From a virus (taxonomy: Duplodnaviria > Caudoviricetes): DNA of 64,000 nt. Numbering within the stretch: position 1 is the first letter of the stretch; every line of letters begins with the position of its first letter. The position numbers were made by a program, and so were the translations under genes. Positions 1 through 11,500 of the stretch are shown here, piece by piece. The notes beneath the pieces were generated by a model. The model was not told the origin of the DNA. It saw only the letters and a program-made list of their open reading frames with translations, and did not search any database. The stretch covers positions 1 to 64,000 of IMG/VR virus record IMGVR_UViG_3300028591_000004; one strand, written 5' to 3'.

Positions 1-3000
1 AACGTATTTGTTCCAAACTTAGCTTGTGCACCATCCTTTGAAACAGTTAAATATCCTCCAAGATTGACACCATCTGTTCCAAGATAGATGCCGGGTTCTG
101 TAGAAGACATGGAATCTGTTCCAGAATACATATATCTGCGAACAACATATCCACCTAATTCTTCAAAGCTTACTGTCATCCCGGCGATTTCGCCTGTTAA
201 TGCAGTAATTCGTCCGGTAATATCTGTATCTCCTTTGGCGTTCACGTTGAAGTTCGGTGAACTGACAACAAAGTGTCCGGCTTCGCTTGCAGATATCTCA
301 ATAGATCCGCCGCTGGCGATTAAAACATCGCCACCAGATTTAACTTCAAAATGCCCTTCGCTTTCAATAAACAGATCTGCTCCGGATTTGATATTCATGT
401 CTGAACCACTGTATAGGTTCAGCAATCCACCGGTCATAATATTAATATAAGCAGGATTTTTACCTTCTGAAGTAGTTTCAGCCGATCCTATTTGGATATA
501 GGAATCGTCGTCTCCAACTTCCGCATAACTCCCATCTACGTTATGCAAACCGGTTTTTACTCCTCCAGCTGGACGATTTCCGTCAACTGTCGCATACATC
601 ATAAGAGCAGCGTTGGATCCGATGTTCAATTCCTGTCCAACAGAAGCATGGATCATGTCAGTTGTAATAGCCCCTACTAACGCTTCTTTTGCAGAAAGGA
701 AAGCCGTAACGACCTGATCTGAAGTAAGTCCCTTGCCGGTGAGACCTGTTCTGAACATCCAGTCTCCCCAGGAATCTCTTTGATCGGCTATTAAGATTCC
801 ACGACCAGTAAGCATCATGGCTCCTGATCCATCATCTGCTTCAAAAATAAGATTGCCTTTAGGATCTGTCCACCAGTTTGAAGCGCCGCCTAAAATGAGA
901 GCTTTGTTTGCTTTAATGTTGCCTTCAAGAAGGTCAGAAGAAAGCGTTCCGGAAGAGGTTAATGCAGCCGCTCTTTTATAAACAGACTGTTTGCCTTTGG
1001 TTTCTTTTGCTACTTCTGCGATTCTCGTTAAGACATCCGTGAAATCATGTTGATCAATCAGCGATAACTTAGTATTAATTTCAAGCGTAGTTAACCACGG
1101 TTGGTCATAACATTTATCTATGACATCAATGTAAGCCCACTGATTGATGTTGGCATCAGGATCAACCAAATGAACGGCATCCGTAATTTGAATATCCGGC
1201 CAGCCTGTCTCATACATATCGTCAATTGAAAAATGCTGATCGAGGTTAGAGCCATATAAATCAAGGAAACCAATCTCGTATGTTATTTCAGGTTTTGATA
1301 TCTCCTGTAGATTGTCCATGGCATCCGTATACATCCGGATCTCATCGCCTTCGACAAACTGGTCTTCCTGCCAGTATCCTTCTCTTAGGAGATCCCCTAA
1401 TTCCTCGGTTAAAGAATTATCTTCGGCTTCTATCAACGCCTGCGCGTTTCGAAGATCATTAAGATTCTGCCCATATGTTAAATCTGCAAGATCAGCAAAT
1501 TTTTCCATCAATGGATTGATCCCGATAAGCTCACCTTCAGACCGAAGGCTGTTGATGATTTTATATCCTTTGTTGCTGAGATATAAAGTTCCTTCAAAGT
1601 CTTGAACCCTGAAATAATGATTATCGTTTAATTCACTGTGTATAACAATTCGGGCATAATAAGCGTCTCCGGTTATTGTGATTGACCCCGAACCAGTTGC
1701 AAGCATCGACCTCTGATAAACTTTATCAATGTTATATAATACAATGTAAGAATCATCCGGTAGATCATATTGATATACTGTATCTTTATAAACCTTAATA
1801 TTATTTGTTCTGAACCATTCAGAGGAATTTTCTTCAACGCCCGTCAAGGCATTAATAAGTCCGGGAAAAACAGAAGTATTTGCAAGTTCATTATCTGACG
1901 GGAAATCAATAGAATCATAAGAAACAACCTTTGTTGAAACAACTTTTTCAATAGAATCGTTCTGCCATATATAACCTTTTGTAGTATCCAATGTAAGATC
2001 GAATCCCTGAGGAATTTCCTCGTCTGTTGTGAACACCCAATAAAAGGAATAAGGACTTCTAAAAGCATAATTTCCAACAGGCATTTTACTTGTTGTATGA
2101 TAGATATACTTTTCAAAAATCCCTTTATATAGCATGTCTCTTTGATTACAGTAATAGATCACCTTAGAAAACTGAATCGCAATTCTTTGTTCTTCTGCCG
2201 TTTTCATTTGGGTCCATTCATTTTCTGAACAGAAATATAAAGCTTTGGTTCGAATGTTGAAGAAGTAAGTGTCATTTCTGTAGTATGGGGCATTTTCACC
2301 TATAAAGACTCTGTGCCAGTTCGTTTCTCCGCGGGCTCCATAACAGAAATACAGCTCGCCTTCCTGATTCGACATAATATAATATTTATAATACCATCCG
2401 TATGTATTCTGAATAGAATCTGTAGATGGAACAGGACCTCTTTCATCAGCAAAATAAGTTGGATGTTTTTCAGTCGCAACGGTTGTTTCGTTTTGCAAAG
2501 AAGACAATACAGCCTCATCCGAAACTTGTTTTGCTGACAGTTTTCCTGACATGGACATAGAACAGAAAAGATAGAACCGATCGCCCGGTTTAAGTTGCTT
2601 ATCTGATTTATCCATATGCAATACAATCGCAGCCGGATCAGTATCGTTTAAACCGTAGTCATAGTCCTTAGGATTACCGCTATCGTTTAAATAAAGACTT
2701 CCATCCGGCTTCATGATTGCCTTTACATAGGCAATATCCCATGTGATAGGATAGGTATTGTGTATGATATATACAACACTTCCGATACCGGACACAGGAT
2801 CTCCATTATCTTTAAGCTCTTTGGCGACGTGCCAAGAAAAATAGTTTCTCTTGGCTTCATCGTAATCCGTTCTGTAAAGAACTCCATGATCTCCCTGATT
2901 TGTGTCGAGATTAAGAACAAGCTTTGGTTCATCGCCTTCATTGGCTGCATAAGAACTGTAATTTTTGACAGCAAGTTTTGCCATACCTGTATTTGATTCA

Positions 3001-4283
3001 AGGATCTCGCTTAGCTTCTGTTCATTTTCAATTAATGCTCTTGCAGCCGCTTCGCTTTGTTCATAAAGCACAGGCATGTTTTGCTGGTAAGATGCCATCC
3101 TTTGAAACAGGTTGTCCGACAACAATCCAACTTCCCGATAATAATCAAAACATAAAAGGAAAGGGAAGTAGTTTTTAACTTCAACACGTTCAGACGAAAG
3201 TTCATAACATTCTCCTGTCCTCGCTTTGTATACTGGATAAGCCTTACCTGTGGTTTTATTCCAGACGTAACTTCTCGACATAAAATCAAGATCGCTGTAA
3301 ACCAACTCAGAAGAGAACGTTAAATCGTCAGTCGTTGTAAAATAGTATGGGATATCATCTTTATCAAAAAATACAAGTTCTGTTCCAGCCCTGAAAGTTG
3401 CAGAATGAATATTATACTCATTGTGATAACAAACCTGAATAGAACACATACCGTTCTGATCACCGTAAGAACCGTATGCATATAACCGTGTAACCATTGT
3501 GTCGGTATTAACAGTTCTCGTAATGTTTTTCAGATTTTTATCATAATGAACTTCAAACACGTTTATATCTGAGTAGACTTCTTTGGGAATTTCTCCAGGT
3601 TCCAATTCTCGTGAAAAGGGATTCATGGGAACAATATCGACAACACGTCCTGTGACTTGCTCTCCATATTCGTTTGTATAAACACCTTCTCCGTGATAAA
3701 TCGGCTTTGCGTCAAACAACTCGCATAAGTTTTCGATTAGTCTGAACGCACCCGTATTTGAAGAGGCGTTAAGAGATCTCTTTTTTATTATTGTGTTATC
3801 ATAGTCTTCAACAAAGTTGGCAACTTCTCCAACGTGCCATCCTGTTCCCTTGAGGATTGTCGTGAGAATTTCTTTTGCGGTTCCGGTGTTATTGCTTTCT
3901 TCGTCTGAAAACTCTAAATCAAGCGCTTTAGATTTTAATAATTGCGCTATGTGTCCAGCCGTCACTTCAACTGTTTTCGCATTGGTATTATGTATGACTT
4001 TCTGTTCGGATATAATATACCAATCCGTTTCGTTTTCAGTTTGAAGTTTTATCTTATAGTCTGCAATCAAATACTGAATGCGAAAATTTTCTTCTTCTCC
4101 TTCATCGGTAATGCATGTTGAAGGAATACTGAAAGAAAGCTCCTTCCAGCCGTTGCGTTCAGTCTTGACATAGACATCTTTAGCCTGTCCGGAAACGTCA
4201 GATGTATTATCATACAGGTTACAGACTTTTCGATTTTCGTAATCGCAGATATCCAGACAAAGACTGCGCGAAGCCTTTAACAT
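1..4283 (-). CDS. Large tail-tip / baseplate hub (Tal-like) protein, >1427 aa, runs off the left end of the window
   Basis: ATG at 4283 with RBS AAGGTGGTG; begins MLKASRSLCLDICDYENRKVCNLYDN...RNGWKELSFSIP; same frame still open at positions 3-89; missing from the ORF track, consistent with no stop in the window; follows Dit. Confidence 0.8.
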   Translation of the reverse strand, partial: MLKASRSLCLDICDYENRKVCNLYDNTSDVSGQAKDVYVKTERNGWKELSFSIPSTCITDEGEEENFRIQYLIADYKIKLQTENETDWYIISEQKVIHNTNAKTVEVTAGHIAQLLKSKALDLEFSDEESNNTGTAKEILTTILKGTGWHVGEVANFVEDYDNTIIKKRSLNASSNTGAFRLIENLCELFDAKPIYHGEGVYTNEYGEQVTGRVVDIVPMNPFSRELEPGEIPKEVYSDINVFEVHYDKNLKNITRTVNTDTMVTRLYAYGSYGDQNGMCSIQVCYHNEYNIHSATFRAGTELVFFDKDDIPYYFTTTDDLTFSSELVYSDLDFMSRSYVWNKTTGKAYPVYKARTGECYELSSERVEVKNYFPFLLCFDYYREVGLLSDNLFQRMASYQQNMPVLYEQSEAAARALIENEQKLSEILESNTGMAKLAVKNYSSYAANEGDEPKLVLNLDTNQGDHGVLYRTDYDEAKRNYFSWHVAKELKDNGDPVSGIGSVVYIIHNTYPITWDIAYVKAIMKPDGSLYLNDSGNPKDYDYGLNDTDPAAIVLHMDKSDKQLKPGDRFYLFCSMSMSGKLSAKQVSDEAVLSSLQNETTVATEKHPTYFADERGPVPSTDSIQNTYGWYYKYYIMSNQEGELYFCYGARGETNWHRVFIGENAPYYRNDTYFFNIRTKALYFCSENEWTQMKTAEEQRIAIQFSKVIYYCNQRDMLYKGIFEKYIYHTTSKMPVGNYAFRSPYSFYWVFTTDEEIPQGFDLTLDTTKGYIWQNDSIEKVVSTKVVSYDSIDFPSDNELANTSVFPGLINALTGVEENSSEWFRTNNIKVYKDTVYQYDLPDDSYIVLYNIDKVYQRSMLATGSGSITITGDAYYARIVIHSELNDNHYFRVQDFEGTLYLSNKGYKIINSLRSEGELIGINPLMEKFADLADLTYGQNLNDLRNAQALIEAEDNSLTEELGDLLREGYWQEDQFVEGDEIRMYTDAMDNLQEISKPEITYEIGFLDLYGSNLDQHFSIDDMYETGWPDIQITDAVHLVDPDANINQWAYIDVIDKCYDQPWLTTLEINTKLSLIDQHDFTDVLTRIAEVAKETKGKQSVYKRAAALTSSGTLSSDLLEGNIKANKALILGGASNWWTDPKGNLIFEADDGSGAMMLTGRGILIADQRDSWGDWMFRTGLTGKGLTSDQVVTAFLSAKEALVGAITTDMIHASVGQELNIGSNAALMMYATVDGNRPAGGVKTGLHNVDGSYAEVGDDDSYIQIGSAETTSEGKNPAYINIMTGGLLNLYSGSDMNIKSGADLFIESEGHFEVKSGGDVLIASGGSIEISASEAGHFVVSSPNFNVNAKGDTDITGRITALTGEIAGMTVSFEELGGYVVRRYMYSGTDSMSSTEPGIYLGTDGVNLGGYLTVSKDGAQAKFGTNT

Positions 4284-4298
4284 GTACTCACCACCTTA

Positions 4299-5375
4299 TT
4301 ATGAATATGTTGGCTTGAAAATAAATCTCAAGCTTCTTAGATTAACATTAGATACAGGATCAATTGTTATTTCGTTCATTGGGATAATCATCGTCTTTTC
4401 ATTTCCGGTTCCCTCGATAACTTTATTAGTCTTGAAATGATGAAGATCTATCTGCTCTGTTATTTTTACCCATTCGTCTACAATAAAAATATATTTACCG
4501 ACAATATCTTGATGTAACATATTTAATATCTCGATAATGTAATCATTATTATAATTAATAAAAACATTCCGAATCGCCGGGAACGATGGGGCCAAAGATA
4601 GAAAACCATAATCGTGATACAGGAAGTTAATCTTGTTTTCGCCATTTCCGGAAACAATTGTTTTGCCGCTGATAGGATCAACTACAACTTCTTTTCCTTC
4701 TGGCGTAACAGCATTTGTAATGGCAACCAGCTTCATGGATTGCCCTGTTGTGTTATTGGAAATGATAACTCCCTCGCCGACATCTCCGGCAAGCGCCACT
4801 CCTAAAGCGGCATATTCCTGTCCGGGATTGGCTAATTTAATTTGAAGAGGATTTGAATGATAAACAATCAGGTTTGTAAACTCTCTGTCTTTATCCATCT
4901 CTTCTTTTTCAAACACAGCGGAGTTATTCATCAGATCATCATGATATTTTTGAGCTCTTGTGTGCACTATAATATCAGATCTCGCAAAAGGGTAAAAAGC
5001 TTTCATCTTGATTGTAACAACACCGTTTTCGTAGTTTTTTAAATCAAATTCTACTGGATCTGTTACAGTCGCGGTATAATAACACCACGGCCTTTTATCA
5101 AAAATTAGCTTGCCTGATTTCCCTTTTCTGAATAAATTAAACACCTGAGACATAATGCCTTTATCGATTCTGGAATCTTCAAAAAAGCATCTCAGAGTAA
5201 ACTCTTTTGGGGAATACCAAGAGCCGTAATAATATCCTCCATTGTGGCCTTCATAAGTTTCAATATAAGACTCGAAACTTGCTGGACGATAAACGAATAC
5301 ATCTTCCAAATCAGGAGCGTATTCCAGTCCTAATGTAGCAATATCTGTGCCACAAAAAGAAAAACCTCCGGCCAT
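4299..5375 (-). CDS. Distal tail protein (Dit-like)
   Basis: 358 aa directly downstream of TMP; N-terminus GFSFCG..., GGYYYGSWYSPKEFTLRCF, GKLIFDKRPWCYY resembles siphovirus Dit. Confidence 0.75.
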   Translation of the reverse strand: MAGGFSFCGTDIATLGLEYAPDLEDVFVYRPASFESYIETYEGHNGGYYYGSWYSPKEFTLRCFFEDSRIDKGIMSQVFNLFRKGKSGKLIFDKRPWCYYTATVTDPVEFDLKNYENGVVTIKMKAFYPFARSDIIVHTRAQKYHDDLMNNSAVFEKEEMDKDREFTNLIVYHSNPLQIKLANPGQEYAALGVALAGDVGEGVIISNNTTGQSMKLVAITNAVTPEGKEVVVDPISGKTIVSGNGENKINFLYHDYGFLSLAPSFPAIRNVFINYNNDYIIEILNMLHQDIVGKYIFIVDEWVKITEQIDLHHFKTNKVIEGTGNEKTMIIPMNEITIDPVSNVNLRSLRFIFKPTYS

Positions 5376-5408
5376 GTGTATTCACCCACCTTTCTATTAT
5401 AAATTGAG

Positions 5409-5438
5409 AAAAGGGGAGAGAGTTTATCCTCTCTCCCC
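5409..5438 (-). terminator. Intrinsic terminator-like hairpin between TMP and Dit
   Basis: GGGGAGAGAG/CTCTCTCCCC 10-bp stem followed by TTTT on the minus strand. Confidence 0.6.
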
Positions 5439-5507
5439 GAAATACGTTAATAATAATCAGCGCGGCGAGAGAACGAAAAGGGATTCGTTCTCGTAGCCGC
5501 GTCTTCT

Positions 5508-5540
5508 CTCCATTATGCTCGTTTTCGAAACGGGAGAAAA
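5508..5540 (-). promoter_or_regulatory. Phage-specific promoter-like motif GTTTCGAAA-N5-CATAATGGAG, copy 1
   Basis: Minus strand TTTTCTCCCGTTTCGAAAACGAGCATAATGGAG; four intergenic copies seen. Confidence 0.6.
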
Positions 5541-5559
5541 TCAAAGAAACATAAACGGT

Positions 5560-8500
5560 TTAAAAAGCATAACGGGCCAAATTAAAACCTTCTTTGTTGA
5601 GTTGCTTTGTGAAGGCTTTGCCTACACGCCTTGCAACATCTTCATAATCAGCATCATCCTTTAATTCGGCTTGATTAATCGTAATGTTAATATCTCCGAT
5701 TGAAGTATTGTTTCCATACTTCGTAGTATCCGGAGCAAGACTTGGAGAAACAGAAACATAACGCAACGCCTCGGTTAATCCCATAAGAGCTTTTGTGTCA
5801 TAAGCGGATAAGATAGATTCCGGCTGAGATTTTGTTCCGTCGACCCATGCAAGGCCTGTAAAATCAATCTTACCTCCGTGCTTATATTGTTTGACTGTTC
5901 CTTGCGCTCTCTTGTAGAAATCTTCAAGCTGTCGATATCCATATGCATTAGCGTTGCTTCTGTCGAGAAGGGCTCTTTCCTGATCATATATCTTTTTCAG
6001 TGCAGTAGTTGCTTCGTTCCATGAATTATATCCAGAATATCTTTTGCTTCCCCAATAGAATTCATAATGCTTTTTCGGAGAAGGAGTGTTTTTAGGCGGA
6101 TTGCTTCCGCCGCCTCCACCGTAAGTCGTCGTACTTCCGCCGCCACCAGAGGTAACAATGTATACAGGAGTAGACACTGGTTTTTCTTCTTGTTGAGACT
6201 TATATAATTCAGCATCACTACCGACTACTTTGCTGTACTTATCATATGATTCATCAACAGCCGCCTGAGCAACACCTGTTGTATCATCTGGTGTTCTCGT
6301 CCAGAAATACTGGGGTCCGGTAGTAGCATATTGACCATAATCATATTGATAACCAGGAATAGGCTCAACTTTGTAAGTCCATTCTTTCATCTCAGACATT
6401 TTATCCAGAATTTCATGGTTGTCTGCAAATTCAGCATTATCAACAAGAGAAGCCGCATAGTTATCGTAGGCTGTGCTCCACTGATGTTCAAGAATCCATT
6501 TGCCGTTTTCTGAAGCGTTCATGTAATCCTGAGACTGCTTCATAAAATCGAGGAATTCTTCTTTATTGGACATCAATCCCATAATCTGATCCCAGTATGT
6601 ATCAGTGTGGCCATACATTTTATCCCAGGTGTCTTTCCAGCCCTGTTCCATACTCTGTTGCATCTCAGCAGAAGAATTCTTGTAATCTTCATTGTGTTCT
6701 TTCATCCATGCAAGATATTGATCGTAATCTTCATAGGAGTTACCCATGATATCCTTAACCTGATCCATGAAGTTGCCAGAGTTTTCGAGAAGCTCCTTAA
6801 GATCTTCTTCATGAACTTGGATATAATCGTCTTCGGCCTGAATCTCATCATCAAGTGCATCCATTGCTGCTTGAGCTTCGTCTTCTGTAATATTCCAAGA
6901 CAGTTCCTTTTGAAGGTCAGAGATTTGTCTCCGAAGCTCTTTTGCGTCTTTGGACCGTGTCGGATCCATGGAAATAAGAGCAAGCTGTTTTTGATACTCA
7001 GCCAGAAGCTCGTATTTATCTTCTGCATCAATGGCTGCTTTACGGGCATTCAATCTTTCATTGATTAGATTCTTTTCGTTTTGAAGAGTTTTCTTGTGCT
7101 CTTCTCTTGTCTTCTTCTCAAGATTCCATTCATCCTGCTTTTCTTTTTTAATCACATTTAAGATAGAGTTTTGAACATTGACCTCGCCTTGAAGCATTTC
7201 TCTCCGCATCTTTTCCTGTGCTTTAATTTCTTTATCGAGAGTATCTTCAATGTTTTTAGCAAGCTTTTTAATATCTTCCTGATTCTTTTCAATAAGCTTG
7301 TTGTTTTTCTCAATCGTATTATTTGTCGAGGCAAGCGTTTCCTCCATCTTCTTAATCTCAGCATCAATCTTTTTATAAAGCTCCGGATCATCCTTTGCTG
7401 CATCTCTTTGCTGTTCGAGAAGATCGATTTGCTCTTCTATTGCTTCAGCACGTTTCTTTTGAGTTTCGTTATCCCATTCGAGAGCGTGTCCATAGTTAGT
7501 CAGCTCGCTTCTGTTTTGATATCTTGTTTCCTGGAACTGGATTAATCTAAGTTCATGCTGATAGTTGTTATCCTGCTCTTGGAACTGCTCAACTGCGTGA
7601 GAGAAATCAGTTTCGCGAACCTGACGAACGATGGAAGCATAATCATTTTCTGTTTGCAGAATTTCTTCCCGAAGAGCCATAATCTGTTCGCGCAAAGCTT
7701 TCCATTGCGTAGAGCCTTCTTTCAACTTTCCGCTGTTAAGAAGTTCTTCCATTGCTTCCAGTCCGCTTTGCTTGACTCTAAGGTTTTCAGCCGTCAGATC
7801 TCTTTGAACATCCAACATGGCTTTATAGTTTTCGTAATCTCCTGCGTCTTTATAACCTTGAGCAGCAATCTGTGCCATCCTCAGTTCATGTTGAGCTGAT
7901 TTGTTGGCATCTTCGTATTGCGTTGTAGTTTCCAGAACATAGGACTCTTCAATCGCCTCGTTATTATCTCTGATCGTTGCGGTAAGCTGAGCCATGGCTG
8001 CTTCGTATTCAAAGATTGCGGAACGTGCGCTAAGCCAAGCAGGGGAGCCTTCTTCGAGAGTGGCCATCTGCTGTTTGAGTCCATCGATAGACGCTTGATA
8101 AAGCTTTAACTGGTCTGCAGAATAGGCATTTTGAGATGCAAGAGCTCCACGATAAGCTCCATACTGATTCTCCTTCTGATAAATACCAGACCATGTTGAA
8201 AGCATATCTTGCTCATGACTAAACGGCTCAAGAGCATTCTGAAGATCTGTTGCAATCTGAGAAATTTTCGCCTGTTGTAAGTTTTGAGTTTCAGTTAAAA
8301 TCTGGTTCTCTATTTCCGCATTTTGTTCTTTTAATTTCCAGATGTTATCGCGGACAGTAATCCAGTCTTGTGTACCTTTTTTGTATGTCTTCAGAAGCTT
8401 TTCCCATTCTTCAATCTGATAGTTATTCATTTCAATGTCGTTTCGATAGTTTTGAATCTGGGCTTGCGTTACAGCCGCATAGTTTTCAAACTGCCCTTTA

Positions 8501-11500
8501 GCAAGATAATTCTGTGCTCTAAGGCCTAACATAGTTGAAGCATGGGAAATAGGTTTATCTTCGTTCGCATGCTTGGTTTCAACAATATTAATCTTCTTTG
8601 AGTTGATTGCGTCAATCTCATTATCAATTTTAGCCATAGATTCTTTTGCGGAATCAATGGCTTCTGCGAGCTTATACCATTCTTCTGAACCAACTTTAAC
8701 CTTGCTTAACTGACTTTCAAGTGCGGCAATGTTAGCAGAATATTGATCTTTTAATCTTAATTGAGCTTCAATCTCATCGTTTAACGAATTAAGATAACCC
8801 TGATAGTTGTTGGTCGTTTCATACCTTGTCTGACGCTCTTGTGCCATTGTGACATCATGCTCACGACGTTTGATGTAATGGCTTTGTCCTTCGAGTAACG
8901 CGTCAGTCGCAGACTTTCCGTTATTGCCGCTGTTGCTAGGTCTTGTCGTAGGTCTGGAATAACTATTTCCGGGTCTTGCACTTATTCCAGACATGCCTAA
9001 CTGAGACAAGAAGGATTGGACATCTATGTGACCATCGCTTAATAAGGCCTGAATATCAACAGAAGCATAGGTTCCAAGCAAGGACATAATGACATCCAGA
9101 ACCCGTTTTTCTTCGTCTCCAAGTTTAGCCGCAAATTCAGAAAGCTCAAGCTGGCCCTCTGCGTTAACGTGGATTAAATCTCCGATCGGCATATTATAGG
9201 AGAATCCTTCGGTCCCTTCAAGGAAACTAAACAGAGAAGCAACGGTATCACTAAACTGCTGAGAGATGATAGGCTGAACCTGATTTAACAACTCATCCAG
9301 TTTTTCTTGAGACATATTGGCGAGTTGATCAGCATCATATGGAAGTAAACCAGCAAGAATATCCAGCGTTTGGTCTCCACGCTTTTTCATTCGATTCAGT
9401 TGCTTACCGGATTTTCCTCTGGCTCTATTGATTGCACCTTGCTGATCCTGGAGATCTTCCATCTGCTTCGTCAGCTTCATTTCAGCCTGTGCAGCATCTG
9501 TTCCGCCTTTGGCAAGGTCTGTTATCGTTTCAGATAATCCATCTACTCCCTTTGCGTATTTAGCAACATCCGCTGCCTTGCTTGCGGCCCAGTTGCTGTT
9601 TAACGCTTTGAGAGCGGCATTTGATCCATTAGCGGCTTGTTCAAGCTCTGGGAATTTAGAGATTATTTCATCGTAGAAACCTCTTAAATTCTCGTCGCCT
9701 TTCATTTTATCAAGAGTTTCACGTAATCCGATACTGTTAAACTGACCACTATGATAATTATTACCAAGAGATGCTTGAGCAATTAAATCATAATATTGAT
9801 AATCTTTGCCGGCCCCATTCATTTGAGCGGTCATAAACTGGTTGTAATCAGCCGAAGTTAATGTCCCGTTACTTAACAATCCCATGGCTGCAACAATACC
9901 GTTGTTGCTCATAACGGCGTTGGTCCAGTTGCTGTCCCAAACAGGATTACCATTTTCATCTTTTTGGTTCTGCACATAGTCCCAGAAATCACCATCGGCT
10001 TGTGGATTATAAGTATCGGCCATTCCCTGGAGCACTTGAGAACCTTTAAATTCATATGTGCTTTGTCTTAATCTGTCTCTTGCTTCCTGATATGCTTGAG
10101 AAAAATCCTGAGTGGCAGCGTTGGATGCGCCTTCAAGAGTGTCAGCATATTCATTGAGACGAGCAGCTGTTTCATCATCAGCTTTAGTAGCTGCTTCTCT
10201 TAACGTCTCAATAAGCGAATCAAAGTCAGTAGCTTCACTTAAATCAATTTCTTCAAGCTCATCAGTTGTTTTATCAATATCAACACCCTTTAAATCTTGT
10301 TCAATAACATCTTTTACATTAGAAAGAATTTCATCTCTTCTTTCGTTAATCATACCAAGAATAGATTCTTGTCCGCCAGATGTTTTCATCTGTTCAGAAA
10401 CATAATCTTGATCTAATCCAAGCAGAGATACAATATCGCCCTGTTTTGAAATCTCTTCAGGAGAAGTTGCCGCTATATTGGCTCGTTCAACGGAAGCAAG
10501 ATCGCTAAAGTATCCGCTTAATACCTGGCCTCTATCAGAACTGCGACCACTCGATAGTAATCTTACGTTGGTTGCTTTTTCCGCTGCGTTTCTGTCTCCG
10601 GCAAAATCTATACTGGCAAGCCACTCAGCATATTTTTCAGCAAAATCTTCAGGCAATTTACCTTCCGATAAAAACTTTTGTAAAGCAGATCCAGCGTCGC
10701 CCATATCGGAGAACATTGCGTCCCACATCTTTACAAGAGGGCTATCTTTACCGTTATTATCGATTTCAGATTGATATCTTGTTCTTATACCGTTAAGTGT
10801 TTCTTCGTCCCAATTTTGATTCGAAAAACCATTTTCACCAAACAGTTTTCTTGATGCAAATCCATATTTATCTGTAGCCTTACCGCCAAATAGAGCCGTA
10901 TTATATGCTGCTTGTAAATCTGTTTCTGTTACACCAGATCCTTCTTGCGAAGCGAGAGTTAACATATACCGTAAGTTTTCATCAATACCGGATAAATCCT
11001 GTGTCTTGTTATTTACAAGTAACGAGGCTCTCTGCCTTAATGTCAAATTTGCATAAGGACCATTCTCTGAGCCAAATATAGCCTGCCGTGCTGCTCCATA
11101 TGCTTTAGCATTTGTCTTGCTCTTTGCGTCAGCAGCCCTTTGGGCTTCGGCTAAACTCGTATAAAGATTTTGTGTTCCTTTATTTACCTGAGCTTCTCCA
11201 CTTTGAACAAAAATTCCAATAGTACGGATATAATTCGCCAGAGCGTCATTTGTTCCGTCGAAATATTTTGCAAGAGTTTCTGTGTCAACATCAGGTCCAA
11301 GTTCAGAGATGTCAACTGCACCGAGCATAAGCTTGAACGCTTCAACAAGAGTTGTATTAAGCTCATCCGACTGAGCAGTAATTGAAGCTTGCAGTGTGGC
11401 TTTTGCATCAGTAGAAGACTTGCCCCACATGGCTTTTATCTGATCCCTTGTATATCCGGTTACAGAAGTAAGTTCTTGAATAATAGTTTCATCTATCTCT

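Noticed and set aside
1-4283. Apparent gene-free or fragmented region (pseudogene or stop-codon recoding)
   Set aside because: Best explained by one minus-strand ORF running off the window edge; the standard code gives full-length genes elsewhere
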